Below are positions 29,939 to 42,089 of a stretch of DNA of 64,000 nt, piece after piece. The DNA comes from Selaginella moellendorffii. Lineage: Eukaryota > Plantae > Lycopodiophyta. The notes beneath the pieces are model-generated. The model worked only from the letters and a program-made list of their open reading frames with translations, did not search any database and was not told the DNA's origin. The stretch is from positions 496,001 to 560,000 of the forward strand of contig NW_003314363.1 of assembly GCF_000143415.4 (NCBI RefSeq), given 5' to 3'. Positions within the stretch are counted from its first letter, which is position 1; each line of letters starts with the position of its first letter. A program made the position numbers and the translations under genes.

Positions 29939-31870
29939 TCATGCGCACAGACTTCCAAACCCCATATACTTACCGCGCTTGAGCTCTTGGATAGAATCCA
30001 CTATTCCCACACCGCCTTCACACAAGAGAGAAGGAAACGAAGAACATAAATGGAATGAGAAGAGAATGGCGAAGTAAAGGATCTAAATACTTGCACTGAC
30101 CAAGAGATATGACGCTCACGACGATGACGAACACGAGAGTGAATGTGATGACTGAAGTTCTTCCCAGGAGGTTGAGTAGCTTTTGGACAAGCTTCTGGCT
30201 TAAAAACGCGGAGACGATGCAAATCGCTCCAAAGTAGAGAGCTGGAGAAAGAAGAATCAACTTTGGAAAATCGATCGATCGAGAAAACATTACCATATGA
30301 CACTTTGATACGGCCGAGGAAATAGAACTCCACCACGGACAGCGATGACGAGAACAGCATGGCCAAAGTCGCCGTGGCTGATGCTGTCTGTTCCAACAAC
30401 GAAAGAAAGAAGTAAGAAATGGAGATCCTGGAAGAAAAAAATTGATATCGACCTGTGGAGGAACTCCAAACTCGAGCATGATCGGGCCTAGCGTTGCGCC
30501 ACCTCCGACGCCAAGCAACCCGGCGATCGATCCGGCCAGGACGCCAAAAAACACGTAGCGAAAGACGTCCAGAGCTCGGCCCGCGGCTTTTAGAGAGGCG
30601 GAAGAACTCTCGCTTGACTCGTCGAGCAAACTTTCTCGTAGCTTGTAGGAGCTGTGTTCACGCATTCTCAATGCCTGAGTGACAGTCACCGCAAGCGTCA
30701 CGGGAGCCTGGAAACAAAGAAAAAAGCGAAAGCGATAGAAGATCTTGCGCAAGAACGTTTCTCCTTTCGTTTTCTTACTTGTAAGATGTTATAGATCCAG
30801 AAGGCTGTGCTGCAATTTGCGGTGTATGCCTGATCCAAAACTTTGTGTAAGAAACTGTGAGAAAGCAAAAAACAAAATATGAAAGGATCGAAAGAGCACC
30901 TTTAAGACTTGTAATCCTGTGATCAAGCACCAAACCGCGAAGAGAAGAGACAGTTTTTTCCACTCCACAGTAGTCCACAAAGAATCCTTCCAGTGCAAAA
31001 GTCAAGATCGATGAGAGCACAAAAAAGATAAACAATTCTATGGTTCGGACCAAGGTGGTGAAATTCGCTGGCCCGGGTGTTAGAGATCCTTCCAAAATCA
31101 ATCTCTTCTCGTTTGTCTCCTTCTTCCAGGTCTCGAGGCCTTTGGAAAAAGCTCTGGACGCCATAGCTGGAGAAACAAAAGAGAAAGAGCAGTTTGTACG
31201 TAGACAGACACGAAAAAGTTCCAGCACTCACCGAGAGAGACGACGATCAAGAGCAGCGTGATGAGCCAATTCGGAAATAGCACATTGAAAGTCACACCGA
31301 CGCTAATCCCCAAGAGAAGCATTGGCTGGAACAGGAGAGCCAAGTCATAGTCGATGAGCGACGAGTTTGTTTGCGACGATCTCAGCCCGAGATTGTAAGC
31401 TACGGTGGAAGCACATTGTGCAAAGATCATACCTGGAGGACACACATCCACAAAAAAAGAGATCAGCAAATCAAGAAAGAAATTGTCTTGTTCTTGAAAA
31501 TTCTCTTTTCCCTGGAGTCCCAGTCCAATCCATTCCAATCTAATCCAATCCAATCCAAGAACACACACAAAAAGAAGAAAAAACTCACATTTGGAGAGCG
31601 CCGGCGCGGTCTTTGCATCGAATCCACAGACGAGCATGAGCGTCGGCACGAAGATCCCCCCGCCGCCAACGCCGCCGACGCTCCCCAGCGACGCCCCGAG
31701 CACGGCCAGCAGCGTTGCCGCCGCCAGGCGCCATCCAAGCTCGAGCTCCACAACACCGCCCTAGATTGACAAGAAGGAAAAGAGAAGAGGTGATTTTCAC
31801 GAGGATTATTCCATTTGAATTGCTCGGTGTCAATTGATACCAAGGTTGCGGCTGTGGAGATTTGTTCCAT
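29939..31870 (-). CDS. Sulfite exporter TauE/SafE family membrane protein, multi-exon
   Basis: GSVGGVGGGGIFVPTL, FDAKTAPALSKCMI, LIDYDLALLFQPMLLLGISVGVTFN, AGLLGVGGG..LGP..LEFGVPPQ, ASATATLAMLFSSSLSVVEFY, YMGFGSLC*. The start at 31870 is inferred. Confidence 0.9.
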
Positions 31871-32484
31871 TTCCAGTGATCGGGACTTGTCGCGTAGCGA
31901 GCTTGCGATTGTCCACGCAGTTCTTCTCTCGCTCTTATATGTTAAGTTCTTTTGTCGCGGTGATGAGTTGTTTATTTGAGCCGCCACCTACGTAAGTGTG
32001 AGTGACGAGAGATCTCAAACTTTTACCTTTGATCTTCATCGTCGTCTATCATTTCACTTTCAAAGGCCTGGCGCACACACACGAGTTTACGTGCCTTATT
32101 GGACATCCTCAATAAATTTCTCGATCGACTTGAAATTTTTTTGAGTTCTTGCAGATTTCTAGCGAGTTTATCGCAAGCACAAAGCTCCAATTAAATTCTC
32201 ACTTTTTCACAAACTCCACGAATTAGTGAAAGTTGAATGGTATAAAGATCTAGCAGCAAGTGGGCAAACGAGGAAAGATTGTTTATCTTTCCTCGTTTGC
32301 AAGCACACAACCTCTCGATATCCTTGCCCAAGTTTGCCAGAACCTCTGTGTGCTGCTGGCTCTGTCGCTGGAAATATGACAAATATTTATTTCTTTTGCT
32401 TTAGCAAAAAAACAAAAAAAAATGTTTAATATATTTTATTAAAATAGATATAACTTAGACATATAACATAAGTAGATCTATGAG

Positions 32485-32644
32485 TGTATGGAATATGGAA
32501 AAGGAATATAGAAATGTGCATATCAATTAGCTCAAAAACTTTAGTTTATATAGTGGTCCAGATTGAAATCAATTTGACGGCTACCAAAATCCCACTACAT
32601 TAATATTAGTATATGACATCATAGCCGTACACTTGGCCTTCACA
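32485..32644 (-). repeat. 3' LTR (TG...CA)
   Basis: The minus strand begins TGTGAAGGCCAAGTGTACGGCTA and ends ATATTCCATACA; aligns to 41337-41501. Confidence 0.8.
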
Positions 32645-32659
32645 TTATCCCCTCCTCTT
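32645..32659 (-). other. Polypurine tract
   Basis: AAGAGGAGGGGATAA directly abuts the 3' LTR. Confidence 0.75.
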
Positions 32660-32769
32660 GAAATAATGGAAGATCATCAGGGTTTTCTTGTACAAAGGCC
32701 GGGATCTGGAGAAACGTCAGGAGGAAGCATCAGTAGATCTGTAGGTGGTATTAACTGCTCTTGATCCTT

Positions 32770-35080
32770 TTGTATGAAGTGTTTCAATTGCTGCACATGT
32801 ACAATCTCTAGAGGATTGACTTGCTAGACATCATACCGAACCTTATAAACTTGTGGTCCAACTTGCCGCAATACTTGATACGGTCTTTTCCATTGCACAA
32901 AGAACCCCTTAGATAAACCACTACCATTAGATGGGGAAAACAGACTAACACCAAATCATCCATTTTTTATTCTGCAGGTGGATGATGATGGGAGTTGTAG
33001 CGCCGTTGTTGTCCTACTTGTACATGGTCTAAGTGTTTGGTAGACTCTGCTCGGATAAGTGGAAGAATGTTTGTCAAATATTGATCCCACGACCTAGCAT
33101 CGGCAGCTTATGGCAATTGTGAAAGTAAACCCATCTCCGTTGATAATATTGGATCATGACCATGGGCAATGAACTCCCTGGGCAATGAACAACATCAAAA
33201 TCATATATCTGAAGTTTCAAAGCTCATCGAGCAATATGACCAACCAGGTTCTTCCACTTCAATAATGAAGTAACAATAGCATGGTCACCTTTAAGTAACA
33301 TCTGAGAACAATGTAGATATGCATGAAGTTTTTCGAAACCCTAGACTACTGCTAAACACTCCTTCTCTATCATGGAGTAGTTCATCTCCATTTGTTGTAA
33401 TGTATAGTTTATATACACAATGGAATGGCCCTGACCAAGCACACTCAACCTCTCTTGCATCAACACACCTCCAAGACCAATGTCAAAAGCATCCACATGC
33501 AAAATAAAAGGTCCAGTGTAGTCAGGATATGCCAAAACCGGAGGAGTTGTCAATAGCTCTTTAAGATCCATGAACACCCTCTCACAATCCGGAGACTAGG
33601 TGCAGTATCTCGGTCGTTTTGTGGATCATCTTTCTGATCGCACTGCACCGTTGCAAGCATTACTGAAGTCATCATCATTTTTCATGCCCAAGAAGCATTG
33701 CACATCATTCACACACTTCGGAGTAGGGAACTTTAGAACAACCACAAGTTTGTCAGGATCAACTTACAAACCCTCACAAGAAATATGGTACCCAAGATAA
33801 GTTGTGTCTTTGGACCTAAACACGCACTTCAACTGCTTCAGCTTTAAACCAACATTGCATAGCTGATCCAACACTTTACAAATATCACGAACGTGCTCCT
33901 CCCATGTCCCCTCCGAATAGATCAAGACATCATCAATGAAGTCAGCAATCACCTCCGGCATATCACAAAAAACGTCATCCATCATCTCTTGAAAAGTTGC
34001 TAGAGCATTGTTCAAACCAAATGGTATCACCAAGAACTTGTACAAACCAAATGGTGTACGAAAAGTAGCCTTAAGAATATCTTTTTCGGCCATCAGTACT
34101 TGCCAATACCCAGAAGCAAGATCTAGCTTGGTGAACCAATGACTTTGCCCCAGACGATCCAAGAGATTAACAGTGTAAGGAAGAGGGTACACATTTAGAA
34201 TTATCACTTCGTTTAACAGATGATAATTGATGCAAAAATGAATACTCCCATTAAACTTCATCACAAAATGAGGTTCACATACCCAAGGACTTCGCGACTT
34301 TCGAATAACACCCTTCTCTAACATCTCCTTAATGTTTGCACGTAAAATCTTGATCTCCTTAGGTGACCGACGACAAACAGGAACCTTGACTGGACGAGCA
34401 TCCCCAGTTGGAATTGGATGATGTGTGGCAATCTTGGCCCCAAACGATAGGTCAAATTCAAAGAGATTAGAATACTCTTTCATGAGCCGATCAACCATTT
34501 CAACACAAAGATCATCGAAGGGATCGGAAAAGGGAAGAGCTAAACAAGACAGAAACATAAGAGGAAATAATGGGAAAACAAAAGTAATGGAAGCAGAGGT
34601 AGAAATAGAGGGACGAAGAGGTACAAAAGTGAAATGAATGGATAAAACATAAGGAAATATGAGATAAAGGGGAGAAACCTCAAAATCACACTTGGCATGA
34701 TTGCCCTGCAACCAATCCATACCAAGAGTAAGGTCAAAAGCTTGACTCGGCACCACTTGCAATGACTACAACTCAAGCTCAAGATCGCCCACACGCACAA
34801 TTAGTTCTGCCTCATCCTGTGCATAGACATGTGTACGGCCATTGCCATAAAGAATGAAAACTAGTTCCGCCGCACGACGCAAGTGTAGATGGCAACGTGT
34901 GGCAACAGGTCGAGCAATAGAAGATAAACTCAAACCTATATTAACCAACATGGAGAGAATAATAGGAGACCTCTTGTTATAAAAACGAGCTTGGAAAGTA
35001 AATACTGGATGAACTGGTGCCGAGTGAACCCTTTGATGATACTCCCAAAAGAAAGATGAAAAGGTCACTAACTTATTCAT
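32770..35080 (-). pseudogene. pol: Gypsy pol remnants (protease, RT, RNase H, integrase C-terminus)
   Basis: TLGMDWL, EMLEKGVIRKSRSPW, FTKLDLASGYWQV, FRTPFGLYKFLVIPFGLNNA, FIDDVLIYS, FILHVDAFDIGLGGVLMQ, NYSMIEKECLAVV, WKRPYQV. Contains stops, frameshifts and deletions. Confidence 0.9.
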
Positions 35081-35176
35081 ACAAGGTCTCTCTGTTACTC
35101 ACACGACTCCTCGTTTCGTGGATGTATCTCAGTGTCCAAACCATCCACTGTAGCAGCACCAAGGTCAACGAAACTA

Positions 35177-36925
35177 TGTGAGGATTAATATGACTTTTCA
35201 ACAACGTGATTGTTTGCAACAGTATTCAGTGGTTTTCTAGGCCTGAGAAATGGGAATTTTCATCGTGTAATACGTAAATAAATGAAATTACATATTTTTG
35301 AGGTTAACGGTTTATTGTTAATAGTTTTACTTTTGACATCTGACCAATTAATTTGTCAGAAGAGTTGCGTCTTTTTCTGCAAGGTTTTCGACATCCTTAT
35401 TGCTCCAAAAAGTACTAGGACATTTCCTACGACAGGGAAAGGGGATTTCCATCCGCGAATAAGCAAGAAAACACAGCCATGCATGGAGAGTTTAGGCATT
35501 TGGAGCTCAACATCTTAGAGTTTTTGGACTTACAACAAGTAATCATTCACTCTAGTTCTCTAACCATAAACCCCAGATACAATCCTCTAAGCGGCCCAGG
35601 GATGGGACACACTACATTGGCAAAGTCCAACTCCCCTCCTACCAAGCAAGTGACTCTTTTTGAGAGTGACTGATCAGCTTGCCCAATTTTTTTGTAATTA
35701 GTCCCTAAAGGATATAAGGAATGTATATACATGTTTTTATTTTTGGTAAGTTGAGTGAATAGGCTTGTACATCTAATTACTCTCCATCTTCTGACCTCAA
35801 AAATAAGGCTAGAAAAAGTAACTTTGCCAATAACTTTGCATCTCCTTCAAGTTTTTCTCGGCATTGCTACCACTTCTAAGTATTACTAGCTAACCATTAC
35901 TGCACGAAAGCCAAAAACCGTAGTTGGTACATAGTATTACTTCTGACCAAAACAACGCAGATTTTAGGTTGTAAGTCAATAGTTTTACTTTTGACGACTA
36001 ACCACTAAATTTGTCAAAATAATTATGTCTTTTTCTGAAGGGTTTTCGACAACCTTATTGTTCAAAAATTTACTTGGCCGTTCTCTACGAGAGATATTTT
36101 ATGTTATCTTTCTCATTGATTTCATCAACAATACCTCTGCTTGATCAAGTAAACCTGTTTCACCATACAACTTTCAAGTAATCTTTAATTTCACCTATTC
36201 ATTAGAGCCATCATTCTATCACCATATAATGACTAGAGTATTCACTTTCTTGTTTTTCTTATTTATTTATTCTTTAGGGCTTAGGGTTTATCATTATATA
36301 GCATTAATATTATTCAAGTTTCTCATTATATATTTAATTATTTAGGGATGTCCTTTTATGGATGGTCTCAAGTAATCTAGTATGTTTAGAGTTATTTCAT
36401 CAATCTATTTTGCTATAGTTTTGACAACATAACCATAGTTATACCTTAAGTAAATCTTTCATGTTTTAAGGTTTAGTAGATGTTTGTGTTACTGCTCAAC
36501 ATTGTTATAGCAATGTTTTTCTCTGAGGTTCCAAGCCATTACTACTTATTTTACTATATAAATAGATTATTTCTATAATGCAACTAACTATTCACATATA
36601 CTGTAACGCTATAGTGAATTCTTTTTCTAGGCTACTACCTTTAGCTAGATCTTTGGCTACTGATATATTAGTTTAGAATCAATACATCCTACAGCATATA
36701 TAAAGAACCCTAGAATTCAGGGTTTAAAGCTTATACCTTAAACCCAAGCCTAGGGTGGTGTATAAGTCTCAGTTATGTTTTCGGTCATTCGTAGTACTTC
36801 TAACGAAAGAACTTTAACCATGTGAGGAGTGATATGATTTTCTCGTGAAGTGTTTTCAACAACATGATTGTTTGAAATAGTATTCGGCGGTTTTCTAGGC
36901 CCGAGAAATGGGAATTTTCATTACA
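35177..36925. repeat. AT-rich non-coding segment with internal direct repeats (possible DNA-transposon remnant)
   Basis: ~35177-35265 matches ~36821-36920 (TTTTCAACAAC.TGATTGTTTG..A.AGTATTC...GGTTTTCTAGGCC.GAGAAATGGGAATTTTCAT). ~35320-35410 matches ~35980-36065 (ATAGTTTTACTTTTGAC...GGTTTTCGACA.CCTTATTG). Confidence 0.6.
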
Positions 36926-36985
36926 CGGTAACTTTGATCTCGCGCTTGGAACGTTTGGCCAAATTCAGGAGCCAAACATTTTCTC

Positions 36986-37921
36986 TTGGACCATCTTGAT
37001 TGCAGCATTTGCCAGGAATGGTCATTACTAGCATGTAGAATGCAAAACGAGGGAGTGAGGTTCAACACAGTGACAATCTCGAGTGTGTTGACAGCTTGCA
37101 GGGACATCAAACAGGCTCGAGAGCTGGAAAGGCTGGCGACAGTGGCTGGTTTTGGGGGCGAGGAGAGAATCCTTTGGAGCCTCATCCACTTGTATGGAGA
37201 GTGTGGGAGCGTGGACAATGCTCGAGAGGTTTTTGACGCCATGGAAGCTGCTGGAGACCTTGTCTCTTGCACGGCTTTGATGGGAGTGTATGCTCGAAAC
37301 GGGCATGGCATGGAAGCTCTGCGACTGTTCGAGAAGATGAGCTTGGAAGGCGTCAAGCTCGACAAGATCAGCTTTGTGAGCATCATAAACGCATGCGCTT
37401 GTGCTAGAGACTTGCGGCGAGGTAAGCTCTGTCACGAGCTCTTGATGCAAACTGGTTTCGACACTGACTTGACTTTGCAGAACACTCTCCTGAGCATGTA
37501 TGGGAAGTGTGGAATGCTCGAGGAGCTGCACGACATGTTCTGCATTATAGAAGCTCCAGACGCTGTCTCCTACAACTAGATCATCTTGGCTCTTGGTCAC
37601 AACTCCCAGCCAAGGCAAGCTCTCTTTTTCTTTCAGTGCATGCTGCTTGACGGCAATCTACCGAGTCTAATCACATTCATCTCTGTCGCTCACGCTTGCG
37701 GGTGTATAGGCGACCCTAGGCCAGCTGTGGCTCTCTGTTCGCTGATTCGAGAGTGTAGCGGAGTCACGACCAGCAATTCGGTTTTGAGATCGGCTATAGT
37801 TGCGATGCATGGAAGATGTGGAGATGTGGAAGCAGCAAGGGAGGCTTATGAATCTTACGCAAAGGACGAGCTAAGCTACACATCAATGGTTGCTGCGTAC
37901 GTTCAAAACCAGAAACTTTAG
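36986..37921 (+). pseudogene. PLS-class PPR gene fragment with in-frame TAG (37577-37579)
   Basis: LIHLYGECGSVDNAREVFDAM, NTLLSMYGKCG and AIVAMHGRCGDVEAARE. ORFs 36986-37579 and 37586-37921 share a frame. Truncated at both ends. Confidence 0.85.
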
Positions 37922-38405
37922 ACGTCTTTTGTTGATAGCCAAAACCCTTGCCAATAACCTTATTCTAGCGGTGAGAGTTCGGTTTAGGGTGAGGGTATTG
38001 TTGGAAGGCGAGGGCGGCGGCGCTGGGGGAGCTAGAGATCGATCGATCCCAAGATCTAGCCTACATTCCAGGTGTCCAGATGGGTAAGATTCTCTGTCAC
38101 ATAGATTTTGTTTTGGTGAAAACGGATGCCTAGTGAGATTTTTAGTCTTTGGTCTGTCTCTTGGCTTTTGTTCATCAATGGGCTGCTTATCTGTGGCATC
38201 TACTTGAGCCGCCGATCAAGATCCTCAGTAGGAAGCTCAGGCGTGGTGTTTCCTCTTTCTTTTGTTTCTCACAAAAGGATTCTTTCTTTTCATTTCAGGC
38301 TGCTTATGGCTGCTTTTTCTCATAGATGCACACCCGTGAAGGGGTTTTTGGTTTTAGTTTTTACTTTGGTTTAAAATCCGGCTGCTCATCTTTGGCAATT
38401 TTTCA

Positions 38406-40200
38406 GTGATGTGCAGAGCCGCCTTGGCCAAGGAAGACATCGACGCATTTAGCGATGCATATGAATGGGAGTGTCTCGAGGATGGAGACGATAAGCCATA
38501 TGTATGCAAGCTCGAGAACGTCCTTGCTCACCCCCTGGATGGAGTTTGCGATCAGTAGTTTTTCAATAAGGCAGCTCTGAATCAGCATAGGATCAGAATT
38601 CACAACCGTGAAATCGTAAGTTTTTTGTACATTTTTCTTTTCGAATATTGTTTTTTCCAGTGACAATGCAAAGTCAGGAAATGAANNNNNNNNNNNNNNN
38701 NNNNNNNNNNNNNNNNNNNNNNNNNNNNNNNNNNNNNNNNNNNNNNNNNNNNNNNNNNNNNNNNNNNNNNNNNNNNNNNNNNNNNNNNNNNNNNNNNNNN
38801 NNNNNNNNNNNNNNNNNNNNNNNNNNNNNNNNNNNNNNNNNNNNNNNNNNNNNNNNNNNNNNNNNNNNNNNNNNNNNNNNNNNNNNNNNNNNNNNNNNNN
38901 NNNNNNNNNNNNNNNNNNNNNNNNNNNNNNNNNNNNNNNNNNNNNNNNNNNNNNNNNNNNNNAGTCCTCCTCAAGGAAGTACCAGGTGCAGAATTTTTTT
39001 TCCTCAAATCTCATTCGAATTTTTATGCAAATTTTTGTTATGCAGGATTTAGAAAATCAGGTGCAGAATGAAGTGTTGCCACGCAGACTGGAGAACCAGA
39101 AGCTCAAGCTTCTGAACATGAAGTATAGCCACATCAAGGACGAAGAGAGCTGGAAAATAAAAATCCTGCAAGATATTAAAATGTGGAAAAAACACTACAC
39201 GGAATTGATGCTGGCGAATGACAACAAGAAGTAGGATAGATGATTACGTGCTGCTCAACGTGAGCAGGAGCTGGTAATTTTAGTTTTTTTTTAAACGGTT
39301 TTACTCTGTTTTTTCTGCAGAGAAAGAGGAAATGCGAATTAAGGAAGGAGCGAGAACAGAAGAAGAAAAAGACTGAGCCTTTAACTCTCGTTATTGCGCA
39401 GCAAGAGCATGAAGGAAGAGAATTAGAAACTCTGGTGGAGGGAGAAAGCCAAGAACGAACTTGCATGGATGAAAATGCAGACAAAGAAAAGGTAAGGGTT
39501 TATGCTTATTAGTTATTAGTCTTTGAACAAGAAAAAGACTAACCAATATTTCAGAGAGAGGTGCAGGAAGGGAAGGATGAAGAGGACGAACAAGACAATG
39601 AGGAAGAGGAAAATGACAAACGAGATGATAGGGATGATATTGAAGAGGATGAAGATGTGCAAGACACGTTCGAAACAAAAGGGGAGGACGAGCAGGACAG
39701 CAGGACTAACGTATTTAGTTAAAACTTTGACAAGAGGCAATAAGTTTTTTTCCAGGATGTGAAGAAGCTGATAAAGAACATGCAAGAAAAGGTGGAAATA
39801 TCAGACTTTACGTTTTCGGTCGGAGCTTCAAACAGGTAATCTCAACCTTGAGAGAATTTGCCAATTTTATCTTACATATGAGATTTTTTGCAACGATGAA
39901 GGGTTGTTCATCACAAATACTGATTTGCAATCCCTAAATGTCGATGGAATGATAAATGACACGATTGTAAACTTCTTCATCCTGTAAGATATTTAATTAT
40001 TTATTTTTTTATTTTAACACATTTTTCAGGAACCTGAATCTAAAACAAGGTCAACATGTCTTCAATAGCTTCTTCTATTCGTATTTGTGTCAAAAGGTAA
40101 GAGTTTGAAATTTGAAGTTTTATGTATTTTTTGAAATTTGAAGTTTTATGTATTTTTTCTTTATTTTTCAGGAGTACGAAAAAATAAGGAAATGGAAGAA
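38406..40200 (+). pseudogene. Spliced, acidic gene remnant ending in Ulp1-like (C48 peptidase) N-terminal motifs, truncated
   Basis: Short exons between T-rich GT-AG introns; Glu/Asp-rich exon; FITNTDLQSLNVDGMINDTIVNFFI, HVFNSFFYSYL and EYEKIRKW resemble the Ulp1 'WLNDEVINFY...FNSFFY..L...Y..VR.W' pattern. No catalytic His/Asp/Cys region is seen. Confidence 0.55.
38686..38962. other. Assembly gap (277 N)
   Basis: Run of N. Confidence 1.
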
Positions 40201-40224
40201 CCATTCACATCGAAACTATGTGAG

Positions 40225-41107
40225 ATGTGATTCTTCTGTGTCAACGAAACTATATGCTGATGCCAAGGTCTCCACCCAGGAAATAGAGGTTGCCAATCTG
40301 GAAAATGCCGACAATGCCGATAAGTATGACTAATTTCATCAAACACCTAGCAGTGAACATCACAACCACAACCACGTCCTCAACCTTGTCCTTTGACTCA
40401 AGCAGCAGCAGCATCAACTTTCATTGGAACAAGACCATCACCCAAAGGAAGTGGAGTTGAAAGAGGTGTAGTAGGAAGTGGAAGAGGCAATATCTCATAA
40501 CATTGTGCCAAGCAAAGAGCATCATTAAGGGTGGTGGGAGCAAATGCATGGACAAGTTCGACTAGATTTTAACGAAGTGCTAGCCACAACATTCCTAGCT
40601 TGATCTGTTCCGACATATTTGGCTTCGCATGAAGCAAAAGACTTTGGAAACGAATGCCAAATTGCATCACCGACTTAGATGGCCCTTGGCGAAGACGATG
40701 CAATTGTTGGAAGGCATCATCACAATCGTCGACATGTCCGAAGGTGTGTTTGAAGACGTCCAGGAGAACACTCTAATCCCCACGAGTGGCTGCGCTCAAA
40801 CGATTGTACCATTGCAATGCCATCCCTTAGAGACACGTGAGAAATTCACGCAAACGTTGAGCATCATCCCAAGAATGATACGTGGCAATCACCATGAAAT
40901 GATCAAACCAATGGTACATATCATCCCTAGGATTCCCACGAAAGAACTCCGGCCAAATGTGAGGATTAGCACCAAGAGAAGGAGGAGTTGTACCACGTGC
41001 CGTATTATCATCAACTGAGTTTGGTTGTTCAATTGCAAGCGCATAGCATTAAGCAATTGTACCAACTATTGCTCCAGAGTCAAAGGAGGAGATTACTGAT
41101 CTGCCAT
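40225..41107 (-). pseudogene. gag: Retrotransposon gag remnant
   Basis: PEFFRGNPRDDVYHWFDHF...WDDAQRL...L*GMALQWY...FKHTF is a typical Ty3 capsid pattern, here with stops. Lies downstream of the 5' LTR/PBS. Confidence 0.75.
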
Positions 41108-41323
41108 GAAGATGAACAAAAAAAAAAGAGCAAAAGAAGAGAAATGACAAGAAGCTGGAAGGAAATAGTAGATCTAAACAATGCAAAAAGTTAGATCTAA
41201 ACTAAAATCCTGAAAGGAAATAACAAAAGAAAGGAAATAGAAAAAACTAGATTTAGACAATGCAAAAGCTAAATCTAAACCAAAATCCTAAATCTAAGCA
41301 TTCCTCAAGGACAATCAAAAGTG

Positions 41324-41336
41324 CCCCTCATCTCCA
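41324..41336 (-). other. Primer-binding-site-like sequence (tRNA-Ala-like)
   Basis: TGGAGATGAGGGG directly after the 5' LTR differs at one position from the complement of the plant tRNA-Ala 3' end (TGGAGATGCGGGG, excluding CCA). Confidence 0.6.
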
Positions 41337-41501
41337 TGGAATATGGAAAGGGAATATAAAAATTTGCATATCAATTAACCCAAAAACCCTAGTTTATATA
41401 TAGAAGTGAGTGGTCCAGATTAAAACTAATCTGACGGTTACCAAAATCCCACTATGCTAATATTAGTATACGGCATTGTAGCCGTACACTTGGCCCTCAC
41501 A
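41337..41501 (-). repeat. 5' LTR
   Basis: The minus strand begins TGTGAGGGCCAAGTGTACGGCTA; aligns to 32485-32644; the last few bases are lost. Confidence 0.8.
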
Positions 41502-42089
41502 GATTTAAAATAATTTCATGTGTATTATAAACAAATTTATTACATATATTTGGCTAAATGATTAATGATTAAATAATAGCAATAGATAAAATTTTAAAAT
41601 TACTGTAACCTTATACTTCTACAAACAATATAGTATTCATTTATTATTATGACTTCACTCTCAAGGGAATAAAAAGCTCCTTAATAATGATAGTAAGGCA
41701 AAAGAAATTTAGTAGCACTCAATCCAAAACTCATATATATTATAAAATTATAATATTATATTATATATAATTTCTAATATTTAAATCATTTTAAGGAGCA
41801 CATGTGCATTTATATCTTGAAGAATATATATTCTCATCAAAATAAGTAAAATAAATAAAAAAAATGCATCAGAACAAATTTATAACTTCTATTTTCCCTT
41901 GGGTAGGCTGTTAAGAAACTAATAAAACATAAAAAATATTATTTTTATAAAATATAAATACTATGTAGTAAATTTTAAAAATTACTACTTATATTTTTGA
42001 GTTTGCTATAGAACATTTTAATATCTAATCTTCAAATAGTATAAATACAACACTTGTCATTTGTTATTAGGGTTATGCAATAGATCTCT

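Larger units (their letters stand above)
32485..41501 (-). mobile_element. Decayed Ty3/gypsy LTR retrotransposon interrupted by ~5 kb of unrelated sequence
   Basis: Similar ~160-bp LTRs at 41337-41501 and 32485-32644, PBS-like and PPT sites, and gag, protease, RT, RNase H and integrase remnants in gypsy order. No matching TSD seen, and an assembly gap lies inside. Confidence 0.8.

Noticed and set aside
37577-37579. In-frame TAG in the PPR fragment as programmed read-through or editing
   Set aside because: The fragment is truncated at both ends and lies inside a transposon region; a simple nonsense mutation is more likely.
38403-39052. ORFs containing long X runs
   Set aside because: Artefacts of the 277-N assembly gap.
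41660-41903. Possible MITE (CTCAAGGGAATAAAAAG ... CTTCTATTTTCCCTTGGG)
   Set aside because: The inverted match is short and imperfect in very AT-rich DNA, with no TSD; needs copy-number evidence.
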